A stretch of DNA of 64,000 nucleotides from Mobula hypostoma (Eukaryota): positions 165,292,001-165,356,000 of the forward strand of contig NC_086102.1 of assembly GCF_963921235.1 (NCBI RefSeq), given 5' to 3'. Positions 38,250-50,769 of the stretch are shown here, piece after piece. The notes under the pieces were generated by a model that was not told where the DNA came from, made no database searches, and saw only the letters and a list, made by a program, of their open reading frames with translations. Numbering within the stretch: position 1 is the first letter of the stretch; each line of letters begins with the position of its first letter. The translations under genes and the position numbers were made by a program.

Positions 38250-38500
38250 ACTGGTAGTGTACACCTGTGGCTAAGGATATTTTAAATATTTCTGCCAGGG
38301 CCGCTGCAATTTTCTGCACTAGTCTCTCTCAAGGTCGGAGGAAATACATGTTAGGCCTGGGGGATTTATCTACCTTTATTCGCTGTAAGGCAGCAAGCAC
38401 CTCCTCCTCTTTAATCTCTATATGTTCCATGACACTGCTGCTTGTTTCCCTTCCTTCCATATATGCTATGCCAGTTTCCTGAGTAAATACTGATGCAAAA
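38250..38500 (-). mobile_element. CR1 RT N-terminal fragment
   Basis: The reverse strand reads IEIKEEEVLAALQRIKVDKSPRP. Confidence 0.7.
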
Positions 38501-38917
38501 CAGTATGCAGAACTTTTGTTTTAAATAGAACAGGAGAAAAATGCTATTATTAATTATAATTTTAGCATGAGTTGCTAACTCCCGAATTTTGTTGTTTTGT
38601 GTATCAGGAAGCTTGCACTCCATAAAGAACTTGTGTTTCCTGTTTTAATTTGCACTTCATTCTACTATATTGTTCCGTTGTCCAATTTAAATTACAATGT
38701 CATATGACAGTGACAAAAATTGATGGTGTCATAGTAAGGATTCTTGAAATTTGGGTGGAGCAATGACAGATGGAATTTAATCTTGACAAGTTTAAGGTAA
38801 TGTATTTTGAGAGGACAAACAAGGATAGGATGTACATAATGAATGGTGTGGCCCTAGGGACCGTTGACGAACAGAGGGAACTCTGGATACAAATCATAAA
38901 GTGAAGGAAGCTTCAGT

Positions 38918-38955
38918 TAGTCCTGACGAAGGGTCTCGGCCTGAAACGTCGACTG
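38918..38955 (+). ncRNA. Minimal type I hammerhead ribozyme motif with an intact core
   Basis: Stem I UAGUC(38918-22)/GACUG(38951-55); CUGACGA at 38923-29 plus an extra A; stem II GGGU-cucg-GCCU; GAAAC at 38943-47; GUC cleavage triplet at 38948-50. Stem III is the palindrome ACGU. Activity is untested. Confidence 0.8.
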
Positions 38956-39052
38956 TACCTCTTCCTAGAGATGCTGCCTGGCCTGCTGTGTTCACTAGCA
39001 ACTTTGATGTGTGTTGCTTGAATTTCCAGCATCTGCAGAATTCCTGTTGCTT
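38919..39052 (+). mobile_element. Short Penelope-derived hammerhead element
   Basis: Near-identical to 7496-7624; no clear TSD. Confidence 0.9.
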
Positions 39053-39229
39053 GTACACCATAGGAAGGATATTTTTGTGTTGGAGGGCATGCAGAGGAAA
39101 TCACCACTGTGTTTCTTGGAGTGCAGTTAAACTGCTAGAAATATGTCAATGGCAGTGATATCAAGCAACTACTTGTGGTTGCTGAGTTTACTCCTAACTT
39201 GATTGCAGCTTTGACCAATGAAGCTACAA

Positions 39230-40640
39230 GAGGTTCCGGTATGATCTCCAGAAAGCCCATCTCACAGGCAAAATGGCAATTCTAGACAAAACTTGAATCA
39301 ACAAAGGATGCTCGACAATTGTGGCTACTATCTCTTATAAAGTTAAATCAAGTGACATAGGCGACAACAGGGTTTCACTTTCAGATGAGTTCAATGCCTT
39401 CTAAGCTTGCTTTGACTATCAAAACCTGGAGGAACCATCACAAACTCCTATAGCCCCCATCTGAAGCCGATGTGTGAGCAGCCTTCAGGAGGATGAATCC
39501 ACGAAGCATCTGGTCAAGATGGGGTACCTGACCAAGTACTAAAAACCTATGCTGATCAACTGATTGGAGTGTATACTGAGATCTTTAATCTCTTGCTTTG
39601 GCAGTCTGAGGTACCCACCTGGTTCAAGGAGGTTTCAATTTTACTGGTGTCTAGGAAGAACATGGTAACCTACCTCAATGACAGTCGTCCAGTAGCACTT
39701 ATATCCACAGTGATGAAGTGTTTTGAGAACTTATGCCCAAGAAGTGACTTGGATCCATTCCAAATTGCCTACTGGAGCAACAGGTTCACAGCAGATACCA
39801 TCTCATTGACTCTTCACTCAACCCTGGAACATCTGGACAACAAAATTGCATACATCAGGGTGGTCTTTATTGAAGACAGCTCAACACTCTATACTAGAAA
39901 TTCTCTCAAAACTAATGAATAAGCTTCAAGACTTTGACCTCAATATCTCTTTGTGCAATTGGAGTTCCTCACTTGCAGACCCTACTCAGTTTCTCAACAT
40001 CTCCTCCACGAACTCCATCAGCACAAGTGAACCACAAGGCTGTGTGCTTATCCCCTTGCTTCACTTGCTTATGGTTTTGAGGTTAAGCATAGCTCTAATG
40101 CCATATTTAAACTTGCTGACAACACCACTTGTTGGCCGAATCAAAGGTAGTAAAGAATCAGCACATAGGAGGGAGATTGAAAATCTGGCTGAGTGCTGCT
40201 ATGACAACCTCTTAATGTCGGCAAGACCAAAGAGCTGATTATTGACTTCAGGAGGAGGAAACCAGAAGTCCATACCAGTTCTCATTGGTGGATCAGAGGT
40301 GGAGATGGTCTGCAAATTGAAATTCTTTGGTGTTATTATTTTGAAGGACCTGTCTTAGGCTCAGCAAGTAAATACTTCCTTAGAAGTTTGCAAACATTTG
40401 GCATGACATCTAAGATGTTGATGAACTTCTACAGATGTGTGCTGGAGAGTATATTGACTGGCTGTATCACAGCCTGTTATGGAAGCACCAATGACCTTGA
40501 ATGGAAACTCTTAGGAAAAGTAGTAGATACGGCCTAGTCCATCATGGGTAAAGCCCTCCCCACCATTGAGCTTATCTACACAAAGCATTGTTACAGGAAA
40601 GCAGCATCCATAATCAGAGACCCCCACCACCCAGGACATC
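39230..40640 (+). mobile_element. Rex1/Babar-like long decayed fragment
   Basis: LWQSEVPTWFK...LNDSRPVALISTVMKCFE, PQGCVL and SKTKELIIDFRRRK. Confidence 0.88.
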
Positions 40641-42978
40641 AAGGGTAAAACATTCCTCCCATTGAAGTAATCTGCAAAAACATTTGTGGAATTGCAGAAT
40701 GTCAGTGCTACATGAGGCTATTGTTTGGCTGATTGTATATTTGCACGTCAAGAAAGAAATAATCAAAGTGTTGTATTTCTGCCACCCCCACCTTTTCAGG
40801 TAGCATTACTAATTTCTAGGTTTAAAACAGATCCTCAGCGCTCATCTAATTCCTTCATCAATTACCTCAAATCTGCACTGTTTTGATTCATCTGTTTGCA
40901 GAAAATGATCCTTGTTTATTCTTCATAAACTCTTCAAACTCAATCTTGTCTTTGTCTTTCTTTGGGCATCTGTTACAATGTGATCTTAGTCATTCTTTGC
41001 TTACAACTAAATTTTTCCAGTCTTGTTGATCATGGTTATTGTAGGCAAATCCATGGTGTTTTTGCAAGTGATTCCTTTCATTCTTCACATTTCATAAATG
41101 AATTGGAAAAAATGCTTCAGGAAAAAGTAATTTTATTATCTTTCCAAAATTCCCATTTCCATGATTTATGTTGGTTATGTATGTGCTTTCTCCACTCCAA
41201 TATGTTTTGCTTTGTAATAATACTGCATTTGATTTATCAGAAATAGCTTCACAGAATAGAAGATTTCTTTGTCATATGTTCAAGAAGTGTAATGTAAATT
41301 TTGTTACAAAGATTCTTTTAAAATATACTCTATAATTAAAGTTATGAGGAGCAAATGTATTTCCGTAAACTGATATTTCCATTGTGTTTTATTAAATTAA
41401 TATCCAAGTAATGTTTGTTCATACTGCACGGCGTTTAATGTTCCCTACAAAAAAAGCATTAAGACTTGCTTTGTTTTGCATCATCGAGGGAAAAGTTGAT
41501 TGAACTTTTAATAGGCTTATATACTAGAAAGTAATCTTCCACGTCTGGAACATGTCAAAAATGAAAAAAAAAACTTACAGGCTTATTACTGTACTGTTTA
41601 AGCTTTCTAAAAGGTATAGCTGAGTGTTGACCTTTATTTGCTAGCACTTATCCTGGGTGTATTCAGTCTGGATTTACTTGATGTGAAGGCTGTTGAGTGA
41701 TTTTATGAAAAATAATCATGACTTAATCTCAGTTTTAATTGTACTGATAAATAAAAGAATACCAATAATTTACACTTTGAACTGCAGTTGGTTCTAATTG
41801 TTTGATGGGTTTAATTTAAATATTAGATATTTTGAATTTCTTAATGAAATAATTTTACAAGTGCTTCATGAACTTTGAGACATTTGGAAATATTGTTAAG
41901 TATCTTGTTGGATTTGACCTGCCAGCAATGCTTGAAAATCACTCACTCACCCATCCCACCTTTCCTGGTGTCCGTTTTCATTTCAGGTTCTCCCAGTATT
42001 GTGGAATTCCTCACATTTTATTTGAACTGTGTGAAACCCAACTAGTTTACTGCAAGTTGGAAATGCATGCAAACTGAGTTCTCATACAATAGAATTAGCC
42101 CACTTTTCCTCAACAGCCGACAAATCTATACTGCTCGGCTTCCAAATACTTGTTTGTGCATTCAGGCTATGGGCAAGTTGGGTATTTATAAGGTGAGGAA
42201 ACCCACGTAGGGAGGCCCTGCAGATATGTTTATTCTGAATGCCCAACTACAACTGTCATTCCAAGAAGTGAAGCAGGCTGAGAATGGTGACTTAGCCTCA
42301 GACATTAGGTACTGAAGCATTGCCATAGAAAGCCGTGTTTCCCTTTTGACTTGCTGTGTCTGTGAACCCAGAACAATTTTTAAATGTTTCTGATCATCAG
42401 TGGTATTTAAAAGCTGTTGAAGCAACTTTAATTAATTTAAAATACTACTAAAACAAAATAAATGCCTTAAGGTGCCTCTTAAGTGCTATAAAATAATTAA
42501 AAGCATGTAGTAAAATTTAAAAAATGCTAAACTCACCTGCAGCAAGGTTTCCAGTGAGCATCATGATCTATTCAAATAAATGGCTCAGACTGCATTTCTG
42601 GATGAGAGAATGCTGAATGACCAAATGTAAAGTGCATTCTTCCCATCAGAGCTGAGTCCACTGGTGGAAAGATGCTGGCATCTGTCTGCTAGAATCTGAT
42701 CCTCATCTTGTTTCTGATGTTCACTTTGCAACAAGTTGACTTGCTTTCTTTTGTGAGCAGGCATTTTTTCCGCAGAGCTGCCCTGATCTTGTCCTTTTGT
42801 TTTAGATAGACAGCATTTTTGCTTGCTAATTTTAATTTGATCAGTTCTGTTCATGGCTCTTGTTCTGTTCTCCTCTTGTGATCCCAGATATCTCTTATAA
42901 TCCAAAGAGTAGTCTGTATATGGAATGAGCTGCCAGAGAAAAGCAGATGCATTAACATTAAAAAAACATTTGGGACAG

Positions 42979-43750
42979 TGTTGTGTATATACATCTATTG
43001 ATGCTTCTGGACACATCTTCAGTGATGTTCCTGGAATCATCGGGTGTTTCGGGTCTTTCAACATCATACAAACTCCTCCAGGTGACCCAGCTGGGGCTGA
43101 TCAGACCTCAACTTGTGTCCAGGTGGCTAGCTACTTATGATTCCACGGCTCCCCTCTTTTGAGCCACAGCCATCTTGAGGCCCTCTCTGCCGCATCAGTG
43201 GTACTGCGGATGGCTCTCCTCTTCCTCTCTCCCTCGATGCCCAATATGCTGAAGGTTCTAACTAAAGAATGGGCTATGAATCCCCTACAACCAACCTCCA
43301 CTGGGAGACACCTCGCTGTCCATCCAGCCTGCTGACAGTTGCTGACCAGTCCCGCGTACTTGGAGAGCTTCCTTTCAAAGGCCTCTTCCAAGCTATCTTC
43401 CCATGGGACTGTCAGCTCCAGCAGCACCACTTGCTTAGTCGACTCAGACACTAGGACAATGTCTGGTCGCAGGGTGGTGGCTGCGATATGGTTGGGGAAC
43501 TTCAACTGCCCTTCGAGGTCCACCAACAGCTGCCAGTCCCTTGCAGAGATCAGAATGCCTGCAGATGTTCTTTTGGCAGGTATTGGCTGCTCCCCAGCTC
43601 TGACAAAGGCAATGGTCTGCTTGGAGGGTCGGGACTGCTTCGCCCACTCAACTCCTGCACTGATGGCTTCAGCAATGGTCTTCAGGACCTGATCATGCCT
43701 CCACCTGTACCGTCCCTCACCAAGTGCCCTTGCACAGCCGCTGAGGACAT
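42979..43750 (-). mobile_element. Hero-like (R2 group) non-LTR retrotransposon 3' end with a restriction-like endonuclease, nested in a CR1 tail
   Basis: The minus strand reads VLSGCARALGEGRYRWRHDQVLK...LRPDIVLVSESTKQVVLLELTVPWED...FERKLSKY...PVEVGCRGF. The flanks join into CR1 KKHL.RYMDRKALEGHGPN. Confidence 0.88.
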
Positions 43751-45544
43751 ATACATGGATAGGAAAGCTTTAGAGGGACATGGGCCAAATAAATAGCATA
43801 TGGGACTATTGGGCATATTGGTTGGTATGTACCAGTTCGGTAAGAGGGCCATTCCCATTCTGTATAACTCTGTGAGTCTGATTCTGAGATCATCTCACAT
43901 TTTTATAAACTCCAATGAGTATAGGCCCAGTCTGCTCTATTTCCTCATAAGATAACTGCTTCATCCCAGGAATCAATAGAACGAACTTTTCCTGCATTCA
44001 CTGCCTTAAATGAGGCAATCAAAATTGTATGCAGATGTGGTCTCACCAAAGTCCTTGACAGTTGTGGCAATATTCTCCTACTTCAATTGATCCTTCTGTT
44101 AAGAATAATGTGGCCTCACCAAAAAATATGGTCCAAATTTTGCTATTTCTTTAATATACACCTTTGAGTTAATGGAATATTTCAACTGTGATTAATTGAC
44201 AGCCCTAAGATAATTTTTAATAATATTTTTACATCTGGTATAAATAGTTATTTGTTAAATCATCAGCATGTTTGTCATCTGCTAGCAGTGTAACAACCAG
44301 AGTTATATTTCACAAAACAGATGTTGATTTGACATCTAACATATTTTTGAAAAATGTTTTCAACAAAATCATATAAGCTAATTACTGGAATTTGTTTAAC
44401 GGCAACACCTTGAAGCTGAAAGCCACCTATTTGTATTCTGTATTTTGGTGTTCTCTCTATTGTAGGAAAACGATTGTGATGGCAATCACAATTAAAATTT
44501 TTAAATAATTTATTAGTAGAATGGTAATTCTTTTAATTTGAACTAAAGTATGAAATTGAAATGATTATAAATATTATTAGTTACCGGAGCCTATTTTTTG
44601 AGCATTTTAGACTGATAAGTGATTAGCGGAAATAATTATCCTGTTTGCTATAATTACATTAAAATGTGGTGAACATCATCTAATTTTGTACTTAATATGC
44701 AAAGATTTCCACTAGATTTGCAGTATAAGTCATTGAAATGCCATTATTACAAGAATAAAAATTGCAAGCACCATTTATTCAGGGAAGTAAAAGGCCTGGT
44801 ATAGATCAGGGCTTAGTGTTTATGAATAATGGGACATCAGTACTCGCTCTGCCATTCACCATTACTGTCTGTCTGAATAATTACACTAAAGTGGACCACA
44901 GATTAGAATCCTGGTCTTAGTTACTCTTGAAAAGTGTTATATGAGAAATGTTAGACTTTCATATATGATCAAAATGTATCTTTTTGATAATGCAGACAGA
45001 AACTACTGTGGTAGATGAATTACTGTAAATATTAAGGGCTAAATCTCTCAAGTATGTAGTATGAAAATTAGGCTACTGACTTAAATGTCTTTTCTTGAGC
45101 TGAGATTCTACATAATGATATAAATAGTAATGATTAATCCGAAACAAATCTAAACTCAGATGAAGTAAACTAATGGAGATATACAGAAAATCACATGAAT
45201 CTTAAAACTTGGATCAAAAAATAAATCTCTGCTAAATATCATAATACTAGCAGAACTCCCTTCAAGTTATTGAATCAAAGGGCAAATAGGTTTATGATTG
45301 CATTATGACCTTGATAGTGACTTGTATATTAGTCATGTTTGGATTTCATTGGCATCATGAGAATTTTAGTGATAAAGTGCATTCTGCTTAATTGGGCAGT
45401 TAATCGGGGCAGCTGCTTATTTGGGACAACTCTTAAAGAACAAAAACTAATTGAGAAAATTGCTAGAATTCCCTTTGTTTATTTGGAACACTGTGCCTCT
45501 TAATTGGGGCAGGAGACTTGCCAAACAGGTTACAGCTAGCATCA

Positions 45545-46185
45545 CCAACAAGAGCAAATCTGCAGATGCTGGAAATCCAAGCAACACACACACAAAATGC
45601 TGGAGGAACTCAGCAGGCCAGGCAACATCTGTGGAAAAAAGTACAGTCAATGTTTCGGGCTGAGACCCTTTGATAGGACTGGAGAAAAAAGGATGAGTGA
45701 ATTTAAAAGGTGGGGGAGCGGAGAGAGAAACACAAGGTGACAGGTGAAACCAGGAAGGGCAGGGATGAAGTAAATAGCTGGGAAGTTGATTGATGAAAGA
45801 GACACAGGGCTGGAGAGGGGGGAATCTGATAGGAGAGGACAGAAGGCTATGGAAGAAACAAAAGGGGGGAGAGAGTACCAGAGGGAGGCGATGGGCAGGC
45901 AAGGAGATAAAGTGAGAGAGGGAAAAGGGATTGGGGATTGGTGAAGGAGAGCAGTGGGGGGTGTGGGGGACATTACCAGAAGTTCAAGAAATCGATGTTC
46001 ATGCCGTCAGGTTAGACGCTACCCAGACAGAATATAAGGTGTTGTTCCTCCAACCTGAATGTGGCATATCTGAATGGAAAGTGGAAGTGAACGGGTGGCT
46101 ACTGGGAGATCCTGCTTTTTCTGGCAGACAGAGCGTAGGTGCTCGGTGAAGCAGTCTCCTAATCTACCTTGAGTCTCACCGATAG
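45545..46185 (-). mobile_element. Penelope-like element 3' part (GIY-YIG end, pyrimidine-rich pseudo-LTR, eroded hammerhead, tail)
   Basis: The minus strand reads IGETQGRLGDCFTEHLRS...LEEQHLIFCLGSV*PDGMNIDF. The hammerhead remnant cagtcctatcaaagggtctcagcccgaaacattgactg is at 45644-45681. Confidence 0.85.
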
Positions 46186-46372
46186 TATCCTTGCAAGTGG
46201 AACATGTGCTGCACCTGCCCCTTAACCTCCTCCCTCACTACCATTCAGGGACCCAAACAGTCCTTCCAGGTGAGGCGACATTTCACCTGTGAGTCTGTTG
46301 GAGTCATATACAGTGTCCAGTGTGGCCTCCTGTGTATCAGTGAGACTTGACGTAGGTTGGGAGACCGCTTCT
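46186..46372 (+). mobile_element. Penelope-like GIY-YIG fragment in inverted orientation
   Basis: YPCKWNMCCTCP...IQGPKQSFQVRRHFTCESVGVIY...CGLLCISET*RRLGDRF. Confidence 0.85.
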
Positions 46373-48344
46373 TTTTTAAAAATATATGTACCTTTTTAAC
46401 TATTTCCATGAAACTACGGGTAATTGGAGCAGCCATTTAATTGGGCCAAAAATATACTGACCCTGATGTGTCCTAATTAACTGGAATCCACTGTATATTG
46501 AAGTTTGAAATTTAAGACCTAGACAAAAACAGTAAAGGATAAGCATTTGCACTAAATACTTAGATAAAATATAAAATCTTCTTGCACACACGTTTTAAAT
46601 GCCCAGAATGCAAATGATGAAGCAGGAAAAGTGTTCTTTGTTAAAATGAGTTCTAAGGAGTGATAGTTGCAGTATCCATGAGTTGAAGAGGGATTTATGA
46701 TGACAGAATAAACTTCTGGGAAAGTTATTATGAAGTTTGAAAATAGCAAGGGCACAATTAGTGGGAATAACAGAATAGGTGCAGCAAGTTTTTGGAGCAC
46801 TGAGGAGGATTGGTTATTTTAGAAGTTGGATCTTGTGTGAGTTGAAGTATTACAGTACGATTGTACTGAAGGTAGTCTTGGGTTTACAAGTATTGTGGTG
46901 GATGATTTTTTTTATGCTGCTGCCAAAATGTGGCAATAATTTAAATTATTTGTTTGGAAGAGTTGAATGGGTGCAGGGGCTTTTATGCTTAATGTGGAAA
47001 TGTTTTATGGAAGTGAGGAAATAACAAATTAAAGGGGATGTGTATCAAACTCAACAACAGCAACTTGTACTTGCATCATCCCTTAAAATAACATGAAGAA
47101 ACTTTGCAATGTGATCCACAAGAGCATACTGAAACAACCCGGTGGTAATGAGCTTATGAGGGCAGATGATTTAAAATTTGGTCTTAGAAGTGGTTTTTAA
47201 AGGAGGAAAGGGTGCAGAGTTTAAGGAGGGGATTAAAGAATTTGGGGTTTTAGTAAATGAAGAGAAATGCCTAAAATGGCATAGTACAGGTTATGACAAG
47301 ATTGAAAGAATTTGGGCTCCATTTCATGGAAAATTGAACCAAGAGTCTATATGAATACTTACTAGGTCACAAAAATATGCTGCAAATGAGCATAAGCAAA
47401 GGCAGAATTTGGAAGCACAAAGACAGAAGTTTATAATGTTATAATGACATAGTTGGCATCATTATTGGTGGTTGCCTGCAGTCCTCTCTTGCCATCGCCT
47501 GTCTTCCATCTATTCCAGATCATGCCTGCCATAGCTGATGTTAGAATTGTGAAATGCATTTTTTTTGAGTTTTCTGGACCTTTGAACGGCTTTCTCCAAG
47601 GTGGGGCTGTAACTTTACAGCTGACCATAAAATCTGAGACATATTGATCCTTTAAAAAGGTTAGAAATTAATATTTCAAAAACCAATAAAGATAATCTAT
47701 TCATTCTGCAAGTTTTTTTTAAAAAGCTTGCACTTAAAAACACTTTACAGTTTCCAAATGTTTACTATATCCAATTATTCAACATGCAGGTACCAACTAT
47801 CAAGTCCAAATATAAATATTAATTAATAGAACTTACTGCATAATTTACAGGCATCAGTTTCTTTTGTCACTTTTATCTTGTTCACAGTTCTCTTGTAGCA
47901 ATGCTCTCTTTTTCACTCTTAAATGAAATAAAAATGTAGCTTATTCAAGAATGCTAGAGTAAAGAATATAGTCTATATGCACAACCACTGCTTGACAGCC
48001 ATATCCCTTGGTGAACCCTGCTTTCATTGGATCTTCTGATAAAGCTAAAATGTTCTGATATTATTATCCTAATCAGAAGCCTGTTTCTGTAAAACTGCAG
48101 TGCCTATAAACCATCTGCAGTCTGATACAGAAGTTTGTTCTGTTGCATTCGCTACCGTTGAATACCATTCTGGCTGAAGAAAGACAGGTTCACTCTGTGT
48201 TAACTGCTTAGTTATGGGTCAGTGTTTGCTAAATTCTAAAGTTGCCAGATTCTGTTATTTCTCAGCAAAAATTCCTTTCAGATTTCAGTTCATTAATATC
48301 ATTCAAAAGACCCCATATGTTTATCTCTCAAACTTTGTGTGTTA

Positions 48345-48790
48345 CGTAGAGCATAGAAGAGTACAGCACAAGAGCAGGCCATTCAGCCCACATTGTTGTG
48401 CCGAACCACCTAAAAAGCAATCTAAAAACACCCAAACACTAATCCCTCTGACCTACATTATGTCCATATCCCTCCATCTTCCTTACATTCATGTGCCCAC
48501 CCGAAAGTCTCTTAAAAGCCTCTAATGTATTTGCCTCAACCCCAATACCAGACAGCACATTCCAGTCATCCACATCTCTCTGTGTTAAAAGAAAACTTAC
48601 CCTCTCATCCCCCTTGAACCAACCCCTTCTCAACTTCAATGCATGGCCTCTGGTATTAGACATTTCAACCCTGGGAAATATACTCTCTGTCCACACTTAT
48701 CTGTGCCTCTCTTAATCTTACAAACCTCAATCAGATTTCCCCTCAGCCTCCAACGTGCCAGAGAAAACAACCCCAGTTTATGCAGCTCTT
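48345..48790 (-). mobile_element. CR1 3' end
   Basis: ORF 48439..48696 reads FPRVEMSNTRGHALK...TQRDVDDWNVL. Confidence 0.85.
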
Positions 48791-48799
48791 GTGTTGTTT

Positions 48800-48960
48800 G
48801 GTTTCACGACAAAAGATGGCATAAAACTTCTGAGAACCTGGGAAGTGTTTTAAGTTTATGGAGCCAGAGTGGGAATAGGGCGAAATTAAGAAGCAATCTC
48901 TTTTGAAACAAGATCCATTTTGATTTCCTAGAGCATAGTATATCAGTAGATGGCCTGCTG
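48800..48960 (+). mobile_element. Possible old Gypsy-type RT remnant
   Basis: ttt gat ttc cta gag cat agt ata tca gta gat ggc ctg encodes FDFLEHSISVDGL (compare FLGH.IS..G). It is short and degenerate. Confidence 0.3.
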
Positions 48961-50769
48961 TGCCTTCGTGTTCACTTTTGAGCAGCTAGGTGAAAGGATC
49001 AAGGAGAAGCTATTCTATGAGAGAAAATACTCAAAGTACTCTTGTAGACATGGGCTTATTCCTGTGAATGGTTGACTTGAAGGATATGTATGGTAACCAT
49101 ACATACATCTTAAGTGTAAACACTTAACATCTTTTGAGAAATGAGTTACTAACATAGCTGGTTGACTTTTTGAGTTCACTTCTACGTCATTGGAAATTAT
49201 CCTTTCGGGAACAAGAATTTCTGATTCAGTGCACCTATTTGAAGTACTTGAAGAGATAGCATTGGAGGGAGAAGAATGCAGTGTTTGAAAAGAGCCTTTC
49301 AAGATGTCCGAAAATGCCTTCAAACAGTTATTAAGGCTGAAAGAAGACAGCTATCAGAGTTTCTTAAGATATTTTAAAATGAGTTAACAAAGTAAGCATT
49401 GAGAAAGTGAATCTGGAAAATTAATAGTGCAAAACAAGAGAAGCATTTAATTAATTTCATGTATAAGTAGCTATTCCTATTTATTTCCACAAATGGGTGA
49501 ATTATAATGCTCTTATGATGTAAATTTTCCCATTCCTCGGTAATGATTGGTTTTTTTTTGTTTATCCAAAAATGTTTTGTTGCAAAGTTTAAGTTGGTTG
49601 TATTACATTTCTTGAATAAATGCATTGGCATTAGCAGTTTTGAAGTTTTAATTCATTAATAAATTATCTATTTAATTTCATGATCCACAAGGCATTTCTT
49701 GTAGAGGATTAATGCTGCTATATGTACAGTGTTCACACATTTGTATTTATATTTAACATAATTTGTTCTGGCATTATATAATGCCATAGGTAGACTGCTT
49801 TTGAGACACCATGTATATTCTTTTAAATATTGCTGTATTACTTCAATTCATTAACTGCAAAAATATGTATATTTTATAAACAATGATTTTCTTCACAGGG
49901 ACAAGTTTGTTTTGAATTTTAATCTTTTTTTTCCTTGCCTTTGTATTGCATGGATACCTGAAGTTTTTAAATAAAATCTACAAGGGCAAGATTTCATATG
50001 TGCAATAGGTGTTTTGATTGCTATCAAGTTGATATCAAGAACTAGCTTGAAAACTAATGGACTAGATAGTAAGACAATTGAAAGCTACAGTAGTAGACTG
50101 ATAATTTAAGATTTTTTACCTTATTCACTTGTGCATGCTGTCTATATGATGTCAAGTTGGCTAGGAAGTACTTTTTCATTTCATATGACAGAATGTGGCC
50201 GTCATGACTCTTAAGGCAGTGAATGAGCTGTTTACACTATGTATGGTGTTTCCTAATTCTTTGTTAGTCATTTCTTGTCAGATTTGATGTCAGTCAATGA
50301 GGAAACCCTAAGACCTTCATGCTCATTTAGTGGTTGAATGTATCAGTTCTGCTTCTACATTATGAAGATGGGCTGTCGAAATTTGAAATAGTGCCTTTTG
50401 TTACTCCCCTTGTGATATTCAACATTGTAGTAGTTTCTTCAATTATGATTTATCCCGGAAATAATATGTTTATTGATCAAGGTCTTACTTGTAGACAGAA
50501 ACTGATTCTGTAGATTTGTTTGTACAAAATAAAAAGAACTTCTTAAGGAATTTTATTCTTTGCAGTGATGAAGGATCCATAACTTTTAAAAGGAGTGTAG
50601 GATGTCATTATACAAGATTTGTATCTTGGCCCAAAGTGGTGGTCAGTATTCGCTTCCTTTGTCAAAACTTATGGTTTAAAATGTGCACTGCAAGCCTACT
50701 ATTAATGAATGTAAATCTTAAAGCAAAGCTGTGATTTGGAAAATTTTTATAAAGTCCCTTAAGCATGAT

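Larger units (their letters stand above)
38700..39125 (+). mobile_element. Old CR1 fragment interrupted by a hammerhead element
   Basis: DSDKN*WC, QMEFNLDKFKVMYF and RKDIFVLEGMQR remnants. Confidence 0.65.
45375..46493. mobile_element. Tigger-like MITE with nested Penelope sequence
   Basis: Left end TA|aagtgcattctgcttaattggg and right end cctaattaactggaatccactg|TA form degenerate TIRs; internal taattggggcag repeats. Confidence 0.65.

Noticed and set aside
38901-39158. ORFs sharing PDEGSRPETST...DAAWPA (also 59867..60193 and 22135..22344) as a repeated protein domain
   Set aside because: This is just the translation of the non-coding hammerhead element.
43035-43075. Hammerhead-like motif in the Hero 3' UTR (minus strand tgatgttgaaagacccgaaacaccc)
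   Set aside because: It lacks CUGANGA and a pairable stem II.
50560-50595. Additional hammerhead copy (cagtgatgaaggatcc)
   Set aside because: There is no GAAAC or family tail; at most a very eroded remnant.
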